In this document: piece by piece, positions 36,586-49,692 of the stretch
How the letters are laid out: the number at the start of each line of letters is the position of its first letter
Position numbering within the stretch: the stretch's first letter is position 1
Source: Botryllus schlosseri
Taxonomy: Eukaryota
Direction: 5' to 3'
Length of the DNA stretch: 64,000 bases
Assembly: GCA_051294905.1 (NCBI GenBank)
Contig: CM119374.1
Coordinates: forward strand, 20,212,001 to 20,276,000
Program-made: the position numbers and the translations under genes
Notes under the pieces: model-generated
Told to the model about the DNA's origin: nothing
Database searches by the model: none
Seen by the model: the letters and a program-made list of their open reading frames with translations, nothing else

Positions 36586-37561
36586 CGGTCTAGCTAGTAC
36601 ACCGCAACTACTGTGTGAACGTAGGGTATTTGATTGAATATGATTATATGAAAGCTTAACACTTGTTCGACCATTAACGTGGTGTTGCACCTACGATCCT
36701 ACACATCTGATCATGCGAAAGTGAACTACATTACGATGTAGCATGCTATATTTTGTGGAGGTCTCAGGTTCATGAAATGGGAATGTGTACTTTTCAAGCC
36801 CAAGAATCAATCATACAAATAATGTTAACTGGGATCAAATCCTGTTTCAGAATCTGAATTCAAAATCCAGTGATTATCTGCTTTGGATTAGTTAGTCCTG
36901 TAAACTTATTTCATTCTTTTCGTTATCTATAGTTATATTTTCGCTGCTTTGATTCTGTTCATTATAAGGGGCCCTGACGCTTTGAAATGTGCACAGCCGG
37001 CCATGCTTCGATCACGGAATGGAATACAAATCGTTACAAAACAGGCAATGTTGCGCGTGAAATGTAGGCCTATATGATTTTCATGGCAGACATTGCTGTC
37101 AGCCGTCAGCTATGTGTGGTATTGTAAGAGCACTAATACTATACTACACTTTTCACTAGTGGGCCTAATAGCAAAATCCCTTTACTGTGCTTGGTAGAAA
37201 TATATGTGTATAATATTCATTTCTGTTGATAATAAAATGTCTTCTCGTGATTCGCAGGATAGATTAAGCAACCCGTAGAGCAGATCCTTAGTGACAAGAT
37301 GCAGGTAGCCAAGACATTCAATGAATAATAAATTAACGTCATCTCGAGAAAAATGCAAACATGTTTAGGACCGAATATTTCGTAGCTGCTCAGCGCATCA
37401 TCTATTAACGAATACGACTGATATATAGATATAATAACTACGAGGTTAGTATTGACTTCTGATCCGCCACATCCGCATTTTGGAATTTTAAACTCACATG
37501 ATCGATAGTCTTATCAGGGATAGGCGATAAAGTTGTATCCACATGGTCAATTGGTTATATG

Positions 37562-37660
37562 CAGAGGTGGTCAGTAACTTAGCAAGTAAAAGTAAGTATG
37601 TTTATGATAATATTTCTTATTCTATTTGAGTAGGATCGCGGACTACTTAGACCACTTCTG
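37562..37660. mobile_element. Short family A MITE
   Basis: CAGAGGTGGTCAGTAA...TTAGACCACTTCTG. TSD not preserved. Confidence 0.6.
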
Positions 37661-37814
37661 GTCTACGTACCAACAGCAACTGGTATATATCAAGTATCTC
37701 GTGATATTGAGTATTCTATCCACATATCTCTGACATAATATCAATCAGGCAATGACTTGTTATTCATAAGTCCAGGGATTCAGTCATTTCCGTCTTGCAA
37801 CCGAACAAGCGACT

Positions 37815-38286
37815 TCACGCCAGGAGTTCGTCCTGATCCTGGCCCAGTTTGTCGCGCATTGCAATTGCATTATAATCGGGGTCCGCCCTGGTGAATAAAG
37901 CGGAGCAGGTTAATATACTGGATTTCTAAGACATATCTCTGCCCTGACACAAACCTGGTTTTGGTCGTCTTTCGGAAGAAACGCGATATCCACATCTTAT
38001 CTTTATAAAATTTCTCGGCTTGCTCGAAGGTCGAAAGCAGATCAATATCGGATGTCTCGGGAAGTAGCAAGCTGAGAAAGCCACCAGCGATGCCCATGAT
38101 ACCGAATATTGTCTGCGAAATAATCGCGATAACGTCATATATATGCGAATTACGCATTGACATAAGGCCACCTTATCACATGATCTGCAGCCAAGGATGT
38201 ATCTGAATTGCGAAAACCTAAATAGACACTAATAGCCCATAATCAAAATAATCAATAATCGTGTGATTATATTTCCATCTGCCCAA

Positions 38287-38338
<52 letters not shown>

Positions 38339-41300
38339 GTACAATGCGATATACAAGTCACACAATGCCATCTAATAATTAATTACCATCTGCTATATAA
38401 CATTTCAAGCCTATTGAAATATACGCAGATAATTATAAAACAAAGGTTTCGTTTATGCATATAAATTGTAGGGTAGTGTTCGAAACGAAACCGCATTTAA
38501 AACATATATTGTAAAACGGACCATAGTGTTAAAACTGTTTATTGTTCAACATTCTACAGATTGTGTCGTGGTGTCATATCGCATAGTGCTGCGATTTCTA
38601 GTAAAATTATGGAATATGCATGTAACGATCGTTCTGCCTGTTCTCTCGAACATAATACATCTCTAATGATGTAGCGATTTTTTTCCTTTGACGTCGGATT
38701 GATGCAATTTCAGGGAAATAATATTCTTTGCTCATCAATGGCAGGGAGAGCACACAGAGTTCACATATACACAATAGTATAATCTCCGAAATGAGAGAAG
38801 GGCGCCTTCATACCTCTATAGCTATACGCTCATAACCGGCGGTGATTGCACTTGTCCATTTCGGCCCATATGTTGGCTGAATTGATATCACATGATTCAA
38901 TACACGGCGCAGGATTTGATCTTACCTGAGTCAACCATGGTACAGACAACTGCAGTTGCAGGGTAAAAGGCAATATCACGGTGCCGACTCGAGCCGCTGT
39001 GGATCCCATCGCCACGGCGTTGCCCCTATTTAGTAAACGTCACGAAAGCTTTTACAAAATGAGCTACGACATGTCTAAACGCACCTGGTCATAGTGGGAT
39101 AAAGTTCCGCGGCGTATTTGTAGGCGACTGCGAACATGGCGGTCGCAAAAAACTTCCCCGTTATCGCAAACCATTTCGCGCTTTCCATCATTCCTATATA
39201 GATGCGCAGAGTGTACCGTAGCCAAATTCTTATGCACATTGCACACGACGCAGACTATTTTATATACGAGGTTGAATCGTACGTGAATAAATGTGGGAAT
39301 TGTGCATCATGTTGATTATGACAGTGATGTATGAGAAATCAACAAATCCTTGACCTTAATCGACCTTATCCATTCCCTACCCATGGCATACCCGTGGCAT
39401 GGCACTCACGTCATTTATGCCGATTGGACCCGCGAGCCTCGGCTAACTCATGGACATGCCGCCATAAGGGCTGTTCCGAATATACCCACTGCCATTTTTT
39501 TCAGTCGATAACGAATACGTTGCTTCGTCCATAAATTTTCTGAAGTCGCAGAGCATGAAAGTTGGAGAAACTTTATTTCAAACCCTACGCATTGCAAAGT
39601 CGCTATAGACCACAGTATGCGTAGGCTATAGGAAGTAGGCCAGTATGCGTAGGCTATAGGAAGTAGCTTCGCGCGTCTTCAATGATAATTAGGATTAACT
39701 TTTTGTGCTGTGAGATGGACATGGACATTGAACAATGGACATGTGGGTACCGATAAGCTACGACTCGATGTACCAGTGTGCATCGGCTCAGCACGCAACT
39801 GGCCCGATAGTGCGACATGATCCGGGAATTCCCTATTTCAGTCGCGTCGCAAACCCAGTGTGTATATCGGAATTTATACATGGGAAATCGGAATTTTCCA
39901 GGGTTGTAACCAAGTCACATGGTTCCGAGTCACGAGTCAATCTTACTTTTGTGGTTTTGACTCGAGTCAAGTCGAGTCATTTTCAATTCATCACCGACTC
40001 GAGTCCGAGTCCAAGTCACCGTTTAAAGGGTCAAGTCCGAGTCATAGTGTTATGACTCGAGTCGAGTCCAAGTCACAGTATTGAAGTCATGTTCAGCTCA
40101 TGTTTTCAATCCTGCTTGGGTGATATCGAATTCCTAGCTTGCCAAACATGCTCATTTTGTCCCTATCAGAGTTTTGGCTACTTCTTCCGGCTACTTCTTA
40201 AAATTGTTAGATTGCCTAAAAAAGTCAAATTTGGCTCAATTCCAACCAGTAAAAAGCAATGCTATGAAAGAAAATTTTAGATTAATTACAAATAGAGATT
40301 TTCGAATTTTACCGGCTATCTCATGATATTGTTACATTGTGTAAAAATATGATTCATAGCAAATCCCAACTAGAAGAAATGAAGTTATTAGAGTAGAATA
40401 TTTTGGATATGAAAAAATAGTCGGCTTACTACTAGTATGTAATTATATTATATGAAAGAATTTCTCACTAAAAATACTTCATTTATTTTCAAATCCAAAA
40501 TTTTCTCCTATCATATCATTGATTCTACTTTTTAAAATTGAGCCAGAATAAATGTTCTTTTTATGCAACGTAACAATTTCATCAAGTAGCCACCGAGTAA
40601 AATAAAAAAGAAGTTACTTTTGAACAGTGCTATTCTACAAACATCACGCAGCATTAGCCATTCATTATTACTCACGTGCACAATGCACATACCTAACAAA
40701 ACCTCAAATTGACAGAGGGTATTATGTGTTTTCACAGACAGCAGATCACATCAATGATGATGAGTTACACTGTAAAAATACCAAAGTGGAAAGGAGATCC
40801 TCAGATATATTAGAGCGGCATGGCCTTAGAATAAATCCACATCTACTGAATACACGTTCCACTGGTGCACTATATGCAGGAATTGATAAGCATTTTTGAA
40901 CCACACTGAAGAGCATAGGATACTCATTCTTTCGAGTCGCCCAAAAATGCAAAGAATCATCGCTTTCAAATCTACACATAAGCTTATCAGTCTCTTATCA
41001 GATCCATAAGCTAATGGAAAGCAAATTTCGGATCGAACACGCATGATGTGAAGAAGATGGTTTCACCAAACGGTTTGGGATTACCGATAGGCCAATCCAA
41101 AGACTCATCAGTTGTGATCATGTTCACATTTACAAACACTCCTGCAAAACGCTTTAAAATAGAATTTTTCAATGCTTCAACTAATGCGCGCAACTAATTG
41201 ACAGTGAGGATGTGCCTAATCGCATGGTTGTTGAGTGATAGCAGGGTTGGTACGACCCTGATTGGCATTGGGACGCAACAATGCTGTCTGGTGAAACGAG

Positions 41301-44300
41301 AGAGTAGTTCAAGAGCAAATGTGCCAGGCAGCATTGTTGCGTCCCAATGCCAATCTCCATAACAATGAAAAATTCGAGGCCGATTGTGGGGGTTCCAGGG
41401 CCACGAGCGGAATAACATTTATATTTTCGTAAGCAGTGCAGAGTCAGCTTTCGATTGATACCCGTTTTACCAAATTTAATGCTCGCCAAGCCGGTCAAAA
41501 ATGACCTTCAAATTGCCTGTAGCCAAATCGAAATTGTGACGTGAATCAATTTCTGAGGCGTGAGATTTGGTTGTGTCGACACCATATAGGACACTATGGT
41601 ACCATTGTCTGTCGTTTTTGCGGCGGCATATTTGATATCAGACGAGTGCAACGAAAGCAGTGGTGACAAATAGCGATGTCGGCAGAATTCGTCAGATGTG
41701 TTGAACTAGCAATTACGATTCGCAAATTTATTCATCTTCAAGTCATATAAAATAAGCCGAGTCATTGACTTGGGTCGAGTCATGCGTAATGAATGACTCG
41801 AGTACAAGTCGAGTCAATCCAAATATTGACTCGAGTCGAGTCGAGTCATTTTCCCATTTCAGGAAAATGACTCGAGTCAAGTCGAGTCACAAAAAAAAAC
41901 GTGACTCGAGTCTGACTCGAGTCGAGTCATGACTCGAGTCATTACAACCCTGGAATTTTCCTTACCCGTGTTTCCATTTGAGAACTGAGTCAGCGACATT
42001 GTCATGAGGCAACATACACCCGATAAGAAAAAGGACGAAAAGCACGCTATTCTCATCCCTGCAAGGCGGAGGAACCCCCATAGAGCGAAATAGGACAGTA
42101 TCTCAACCGATCCGTTCAAGATGCCATTGATGTGAGGATGACCTGTGACGTAATACACGTAACACACGTAATACGTGAGTCATGTCGAGCATGACCATTA
42201 ACATTCACCTGACAATCTCCACACGTTCAGCACAAGTCCGTAAAACACCATGCTGGCTGTGAACCAGAGATAAAGTACTACCAGAGATACTATCCGCATC
42301 ATGGGAAGCCGGAATAAATCGCGCATTGTGTACCTATGTCGATCTTTCGCTTTAGCAGCCTGAGAAAAGACAGGTCCAGTTTCGTTCAACCTCAACCCTA
42401 ATCGCTAATGTGGCCTATACGCATTTTGACGTCGAAACTAAACACACTAACTTAATACCAGCAAAATCTCCAAACCAAATCTGGATAAATTATTCAATTT
42501 ATAATTTTTCAAATGGAAATCCATACGCCTATGCAATAATCAAGAAAGATCTATATTCTATATCAGGGGCGGCCAACCCGTGGCCCGCGACGTATTTACA
42601 AGATCAAGCAAATATTTAATTAGTATGACTGCGGAATTTGGGTTGTTTATGACTAAATTATCAGTTCCGACGCATTAGCGTAGCCGGGGACCAGACGCAT
42701 TTATCGTAGATCTTCATATATGACCATAAAGTAGAATTTTTCGCTGCATATTTATTTGACTTGAAATTTTTCTTAGCCCTTCGCACGATTTATGGTCACT
42801 CGATTTCCTGCCTTTAGCATTGGTACCCCCTAAAATTAGAAATACTCCGAATTTACAGAAACGAGTCCAACTTTATTCGCAATTATTAGAGAACGTGTCG
42901 TCCAACATGAAACTTTGCGTTCGCACTCACAGAAAGATTGTCGGTGATAACACCTTTGCACAAAACGACAGACGCATGTTCGCCGAAATCTTCGATTTTA
43001 ATACGAATGGCGTTTGCAATACTTGAAACACCGGATTTGTATTTGAAAGTAGACTTTCGGTGATGAAAAGATTAAAATTAATTTTTTAGACAATGTATCT
43101 TCAATCTTCACTTACAGTTACGTTTTCCTCCTCCGTCTTCACTACCAATGCCCAATGTTCGTCATTCAGCGACTTTTGGTGGCTTCTCGCGTATCTCTCA
43201 AGCACCTTACGAGCGTCAGCTGTCCTTCCTTTGCCTAGTAGCCACCTTTATAGCAAGCCATCTTGATAACATCAGTTATACTTGGTGTGCGACAAATTTG
43301 TGATTTTACACTATGTGTAAAGTCGACTGTTTCTACACCACACACGTAATTTAGGTACTGAAGGCGATGTGTTATGCCCATATCTTCATGTAAAATAAGC
43401 GATTGTTGAGTAGGGTTACCATATTTTCGAATCGCAATAGGAGCACACTTTTATCAAATCAAAAAAGTTAGTTGATCAAGACTGACAACACTCGATTTCG
43501 CTATTTTTGCTGTAGAATTTGGCGGGTTGACTAAAAAAGGTCAGCACTTTCGATTGACTTCCGATTTACATACTTTTTTACTTAAATTTAGTGGTGTTTA
43601 CTTGAAAAAAAACTCCCGCTCGAACGTCCATTTTTGCTATTTAGTAGGGATGGTGTGAACGTTAGGTTCACGTTCGCGTTCTGTGTGTGAACCTCGGAAA
43701 TTTTGAGGTTCGCGTTCACAACAGAACCTTGATAGGTTCTGCACTGTGAACCTTTTCATATATTACAATTTTCACGTCATTATAACATCTTTGGTTCAAA
43801 TTTATTGCATTTCAACTGCGGGGCACTTTATATGCATGGTGCTGGCAGCATAAACAATCAACACTAAACGAGCATGAACCTTGACAATCTCAAAAGTTTG
43901 CTCGAAATATCCAGCTTTCCGTTTGTGAATATCTATTAGTGACTATCTGCTGTGAGCTTGACCCGCAATCACATAACACGAAGAGCGAAATACACCACAT
44001 GTAGTCAGCGAATGATGCTTATTCAACCAATCAATGAGATTGATATCGTTTTCTCATGTAAAAATCTAGCAGGCGATGACATCATATGCTTACTTATCAT
44101 AAAAGTCAAATCCGTGCGATTGCCGTGCTGGCTACACCTGTATAACTTGTTAATGGGGTAATGTCGGCAGCAAGTATAGTAACCCGTTTTGCATAGTAAT
44201 CCGTTTTGCACTCTGCTCAATACCCAGAAGCCGAATACACTGTCCGGTCTGGACTATAGACAGTTAAGGCCTAAGCTTATATTCCCTGCCAAGTCCTCGT

Positions 44301-47300
44301 CGAAATTGTAGGCAAAACGACGGAAGATATTGATTTTATGGGATCATTTGATTGTCTCAGTTGATACATTTAGCGACGTTTAAAACGTCAATTTGTACTT
44401 CAGCATGGTGGAATTGATGTGACCCGATTCGTCGCTAGGTATCGTGTACAAGTACATTAATATAGGCTATCACTTCATCGAAATATAGGGTTGAAATTAT
44501 CAATATGCCGTCACGTGACGTCATGAGGTTCACGTTCGCGTTCACACAGAACCTTTCAAAAAGGTTCGCGTTCACACGAACCTGAACCTTTCAGAGGTTC
44601 ACACCATCCCTACTATTTAGCTTCATTTATGCCGATTTTCACACGAATCTGTCCATTATCTTAGCTGTAAGAGCTGTAAAGGAGGACGAAATGCCCAAAA
44701 GAAGGACATTTAGCCTTCCTCGGAGGACATTTTCAAAAAACCTGAAAAATGAGGACATATGGTAAGTGATAACCCTATTGTTGAGCGACTATAGAAAAAA
44801 AATGCGAGGAAATCACAGGAGCGTGAGTGTGTGACCATCTACCGGCGTTTGATAACGATCATAGATAACGAACATACGCCTCAGCCGCGTGCGTATATTA
44901 TATTTCTGTTTACGAAACAGCAAGAAATTACTATTCGCATCTGCTTGTCCAACCGTGCAGCCACGTGCTGCGCCTCTATCCGTACGCTGTAGGTTAGTAA
45001 TCTATAGTTTGATCGGTTTACATTTTCACGCACGATCAGGCAATTCCGCACGGAAAATGTTGGGAATATTCGACACGTTTCGAAAATGGTTGGACTTACC
45101 CGTTAACAGAGGTGGCCAGTAAAGAAGTTATTTCACTTGTCTAGCTCTTCAAGTCGATGATGATATTAGACTAGTATTTGTACGTCTAATTGCAGTTTTC
45201 AGTTTTTGGGCAAAACTAGACCAAGAATACTTACTTTTTACTCACTTGGAAATAGGTTCTTCTACGTCTACTTGAGTAGAAATTGACGGCGTTACTTCTA
45301 CTTCTACTTGAGTACCGACGGCGACTACTTTGACCACCCTTGCCCGTTAATTGGTTACGCTGAATCTATATGGGATGGCACCGTCCTAGTCCACGGACTT
45401 GACATTTATACAATGCTTCGGGATCATTCAGACATCGAAATCTTTCTCGCATATTTCGATTATCCTCAACATCTTGCGCCCCATGCAGATTATTTTGTAG
45501 ACAGTGACGAAAGCTTACCTAGGAGATTCAGGAACGAAGAAGAATGTGACGAGATAGGATCCGGGCAGAAGGCTGAGGCATATTGCTAGGTGCCTCCAAT
45601 CCCGAATGACCATGGCGAAGACCGGCAAAGTGGTGTGCGATAGTGCAGTCACTAATGTTGCAAATACCGTGGCGCCAGTTCTGCTATTTGTCGGGGTGAG
45701 TTCAATTACTGAAATTGAATTGTATGATAGTGAAAGTCATAGTTAGATAGCTATATACTAGTCCATGCTCAAGATTACTGGACCATGACTGACCGATCGA
45801 TCTCGCCATCTATGACATGCCACCTCATTTCTTGTTGCTTGCTATTTTCTATAATATATTCTTTACTTTTCATTCAGTGTGCATGCCTCGTCTTTACATC
45901 GCGTAGGACCTAGGTCAAGGTAGGTGTCTGATTCCATAAACTACTCCAAGTCGCTTCGACACCTTCTATCATTTCATTGTATTGCATTTGTGGTGTATTG
46001 AACTGATAAAATTGCTAATAAACCAATGATGATGATGATGATGATATAGGGGGCGATAGTTTGATTGTATTGGATTCTGTTACGACATCGTTTGCGTGTC
46101 GGTTAACAAAACGTGCAGTTGTGGCGAGAAAGAATGAAGTACTGACCATGAAGAAACGCTTACTTCGGACTCGATATCATTTACTTTTAACCTTTACCGA
46201 AACCAGTAGTTTCCGTTCGATATTATGACCTGTCCATCGTCAATTTGAAGGATGAACCTATAGCCTCGCGGGTAGTTTCACAGGTCAAGGCCGCTTTGCG
46301 TGTTATTCGGCAAGTCGGGGAGCACGAAACCATAACAAATATTGGATACGCATTTACGGCGACAGTTTTGTTGTCGCGGTGCTGAAACATATAATTAGAG
46401 CAAACTAAGGTGATGCATCTATACCTATATGACGCTCGGTGAAGGCGTGCCGTGATATTTCATTCGCCTGGAAACTTACCGTACGTAAAATACGCAACAT
46501 AACACGGGACCGATCCGATTCCAACTATCGTCCTCATTGCAATATAAACTTCGTAAGATGGCGAAAAGGCTACCCCAAGTCCCGCCAGGATGGTAGCGCA
46601 ACACGTAACGAGCATGCTGACCCTTCTCCCGAACCTATCGCACACGAAACGATTAACCGAACAACCACCGGCGAAAACAAGCGACAGGATCATACAACAT
46701 ACCAGTCCATCATAGGTCCTATAATCAGTGATCCGACGAGTACGCCGAGGAAGTACAAGGAGACAGCCACCGAATCCAAAGTTACTCGATTACAAACGAG
46801 ATCCCACTGAAAAGAATAGCAACACTGATGAATTACTGCGAATCCAGTTGGTTATGGCATACCTCTGATACAGTTGTCTTATCGTAGTACGTAGTATCGT
46901 AGATGTAACCATGATCACAAGGTATTGTACTGTTCGGAGATTCCGTTACGCACGATAAATTCCCGGATGCAGCGCACATGCTCATATTAACGTCATATCT
47001 TGAGCAGGAATCGTTTTTCTAGTAAATCGAACAAAATAATTTATAACATGCATCTTGCGTTCGTAGCGGGATGCATTTATTATTTTTCAAAGACAGAGTC
47101 TTTATTTTCATCCAACCAATATACATATCAAACAGACGGCAGTGATGGTGGTACAGAAAATATGCATGCCCAGTATTTGGTATTACACAGGAATGATCGA
47201 TACGATCTTGTATAGGTCGACTAGTCTGATCACACCCGCATCAAACAGGTACACTTGTCTCTATACAGTCTGACTGTAAATAAGGTTAGTTAAAAAAAGG

Positions 47301-48692
47301 AAAAGAAGTAAAAATAGACGATGGTAGCAAATGATCAATCAAGCAGTGTCTGGGCGAGGTAGGGCAACAGTGTTAATATGACGACAAGAGGTAATTATGT
47401 AGGTCTTTTTTAAATCTATTATAAGGTAGGCTAATTCACGGATATTTTGTGGTGAGGCATTCCAGATGACTGGTCCTGAGTAGTCAATAGATCTCTTAGT
47501 TAGGTTGCCATTGGGTGGGGGTAAGTCAGGGATGTAATGACTCGAGTCTGACTCGAGTCACGATTTTCGAATGACTCGACTCGACTCGAGTCATTTTCTC
47601 CAAATACGGAAATGACTCGACTCGACTCGAGTCAATCTGTGTATTGACTCGACTTGGACTCGAGTCATTGCGCATGACTCGAAGCAAGTCATTGACTCGA
47701 GATTCAGACGGCCAAGACCGACATTTCATTGTCATTTCAAAGCCAACACACACTATTGGGATTTCGTTTGTTGGTACTGGTGCTTGAAAATGCGACCAGA
47801 AACTGCTAAAAGTGAGGAAAATTGATATATTATAAATCCAAACCATTCAATATCACCAAACAGAGTTAAAAAAGTGGGTTTAGGAAAACTTTAACTGGAA
47901 ACTGAGCAGTCAACACAATGACTTGGACTCGGACTCGAGTCATAATACCATGACTCGGACTCGACCCTCTGTTCGCTGACTTGGACTCGGACTTGACTCG
48001 GTGGGAATTGAAAATGACTCGACTTGACTCGAGTCAAAAATATAAAAGTGAGATTGACTTGTGACTCGGAGCCTTGTGACTTGGTTACAACCCTGGGGTA
48101 AGTAGATATTTTCCTTCGACGAGGATCTCATGTAATGGGAGTGAACATTTTTAGCAGGTACGAAAAAGTCATCAAACCTTTACACTCATGACTGGTTGGT
48201 TATAATAATATAATATCGTTGGGTTATATTTTGGTTAGTGGTTAATCGCTCCATCGCAGGCGATGTGTCCTCGGACTATAAACGCAGCAGTAAAGGTAGT
48301 AGTTCAATGTTCATTGTTCAACGATCATCAATTATTAATAGGTAGTAGTTTGACAAGAATTATTACCGGTAGCATCAGGCGCCGTATTTCTTCATTCGCC
48401 AATTCAGGATAATGAGTAGTGTTGTCCAAAAGTGGTATGGAGCATCTACCAATAAGTTTGTACACCAAGTTCACTGATATTATTTTCTTTGCGGTGTATT
48501 GAAATACTATCAAGTCGATCGAAAATGGCATTACTAATGTCTCGTTTACCTGAACTCGGGCGCGGCGCTGAATATTGCCGCCGACTGGCCCATGAAGCTA
48601 TTCCCATATGCCAATGCAGTCACGGTAGCGATTATGCCAATCTGGTAATAACTTATCCCACCCAAGGCTTCCTGCAGCTCGTCCAGATCCAT
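37815..48692 (-). CDS. SLC22: SLC22-family organic cation/anion transporter paralog 1 (MFS), 13 exons, 574 aa
   Basis: Exons (-) 48692-48550, 48445-48367, 47018-46863, 46806-46703, 46634-46480, 45708-45519, 43245-43116, 42359-42209, 42142-41966, 39193-39085, 39025-38926, 38112-37955 and 37887-37815 (1725 nt, intact). Motifs WDLVC, FGRR, PESPRWL, ELYPT..R and LPET. An upstream in-frame ATG at 48752 could add 20 aa. Confidence 0.93.
38288..38336. repeat. (AC)n microsatellite, about 24 units
   Basis: Uninterrupted AC run. Confidence 0.97.
39899..41952 (-). mobile_element. Internally deleted hAT element, long member of family G
   Basis: TIR CAGGGTTGTAA/TTACAACCCTG, perfect TSD GAATTTTC, dense GACTCGAGTC subterminal repeats, and a transposase remnant inside. 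Confidence 0.92.
40746..41193 (-). pseudogene. hAT transposase C-terminal remnant (dimerisation domain), frameshifted
   Basis: ..TSCVFDPKF.. followed by SLHFWATRKNEYPMLFSVVQKCLSIPAYSAPVERVFSRCGFILRPCRSNISEDLLSTLVFLQCN, the canonical FW..YP.L...LSIPA.S..VER.FS motif of Ac/ZBED1-type hAT transposases. Confidence 0.9.
43411..44777. mobile_element. Family B hAT element with nested family E copy
   Basis: TAGGGTTACCATA...GATAACCCTA with perfect TSD TTGTTGAG. Confidence 0.88.
43645..44612. mobile_element. Family E element (968 bp) nested in B
   Basis: TIR TAGGGATGGTGTGAAC and perfect TSD CTATTTAG. Colinear with 33472-34469. Confidence 0.92.
45107..45342. mobile_element. Complete family A hAT MITE
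   Basis: CAGAGGTGGCCAGTAA...TTTGACCACCCTTG with perfect TSD CCCGTTAA. Confidence 0.82.
47095..48251 (-). mobile_element. L2/CR1-group LINE 3' fragment (ORF2 C-terminus plus 3'UTR), interrupted by a G MITE
   Basis: Minus frame FDDFFVPAKNVHSHYMRSSSKENIYLP/PPNGNLTKRSIDYSGPVIWNA..NRFKKDLHNYLLS matches the H.Y.TR...L..P...SF.Y.GP..WN.LP...FK..L tail of L2/Crack/Daphne ORF2. It ends in AATAAA and is homologous to 59952-60472. Confidence 0.75.
47527..48095. mobile_element. Family G hAT MITE (569 bp)
   Basis: TIR CAGGGATGTAA/TTACAACCCTG and perfect TSD GGGTAAGT. The empty site is visible in the LINE copy near 60350. GACTCGAGTC repeats. Confidence 0.92.
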
Positions 48693-49692
48693 TTTCAAAG
48701 AAATGCCACCTTTCAAAAGTTGTTGCTTAGAAAAGGCTGCATTCTCGTTCATACAATTGCCACAATGCTACCAAGTATCGCATGGTTGCGCTTGCGCGTC
48801 CTATAAAGCCATAAGCTTGTTCTATGCGATCCAATATTCGCGATTACTGGCGCATAAGAGTCGCCGAAGCGAAGGCTTCAGTGTTCTAGGGGAAAGTACG
48901 TGGCATAACGCTAATTCCGTCAACTGCATGAGCGTTTCGTGATTGCTCTTTGAATGTCAATGTCAACGAAATATAGGGTCTTGAGATGTCTCTTCTAATG
49001 ACGTCTTACAAAATTTTTCTCCACATTTGTGTTTCAAATATAAATACATGAAAAGTTGCTTCCGTTATCGCGCAAATACACATTTATGACCAACCGAGCG
49101 AGGAAAACTTAATAGCGCAAAACGCGATATGGTCATTGACTATTTCTGAAGCTCTCTCACGGTTCAATCCATTTTCGAAACATCTCGTTTGTGGTGAGTC
49201 GTCCCAAAACAGCAAAACTTACAATCACTGACTTTGCTGGCTTTGTTCAAGGCATTATTCAGTAAATTTCATGGATTCCCTCGTTCACAAACAGCAGGAA
49301 ACATGATAATGTCGTGTCAAACTGCTTTGGGAGCCTATACAGTCCGGTTCGAAATCCCGCCGTAGTAATATACAGCATTATATACATCTGAATTCATTTT
49401 GCGGGATTTGGGACTTGACGGTATAGATTCCAGTGCTTTTTAGCCTTATACTCCTCATCAGACAGCAGATATGACATTGCCTCTAGTGGTCGACTAAAGT
49501 GGCCTGTGCACTACTTTTGAATCCCTAGCTATAGCATACTTACGCCACTTCGGTCTGCTGCTCAAAATGCCGCTCAAATACCAAACTTTTCACCAGACGT
49601 AAGTATAGGCCTATGCGAAAAGTAAGTATTTCTGTGTCAGTTACGACGGAACTAGAATACAAACATACCCACTAAGTGATACAAGTAGATGT

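Noticed and set aside
39613-39666. 28-bp tandem duplication CAGTATGCGTAGGCTATAGGAAGTAG
   Set aside because: A two-copy intronic slippage duplication with no further structure.
41242-41260. CAGGGTTGG-TACGACCCTG, resembling fused left and right G termini (collapsed element or footprint)
   Set aside because: Only 19 bp with no TSD, so it cannot be distinguished from chance.
41181-41498. CLAH read as the hAT catalytic CxxH motif
   Set aside because: It falls inside one arm of the 96-nt inverted repeat, and the surrounding residues do not fit the RNase-H-like core.
47527-48095. Regularly recurring GACTCGAGTC palindromes that resemble a CRISPR or other repeat array (also 39899-40080 and 41750-41952)
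   Set aside because: The repeats are about 10 bp, irregularly spaced, have no unique spacers, and are bounded by TIRs and an 8-bp TSD. They are hAT subterminal repeats in a eukaryotic genome.
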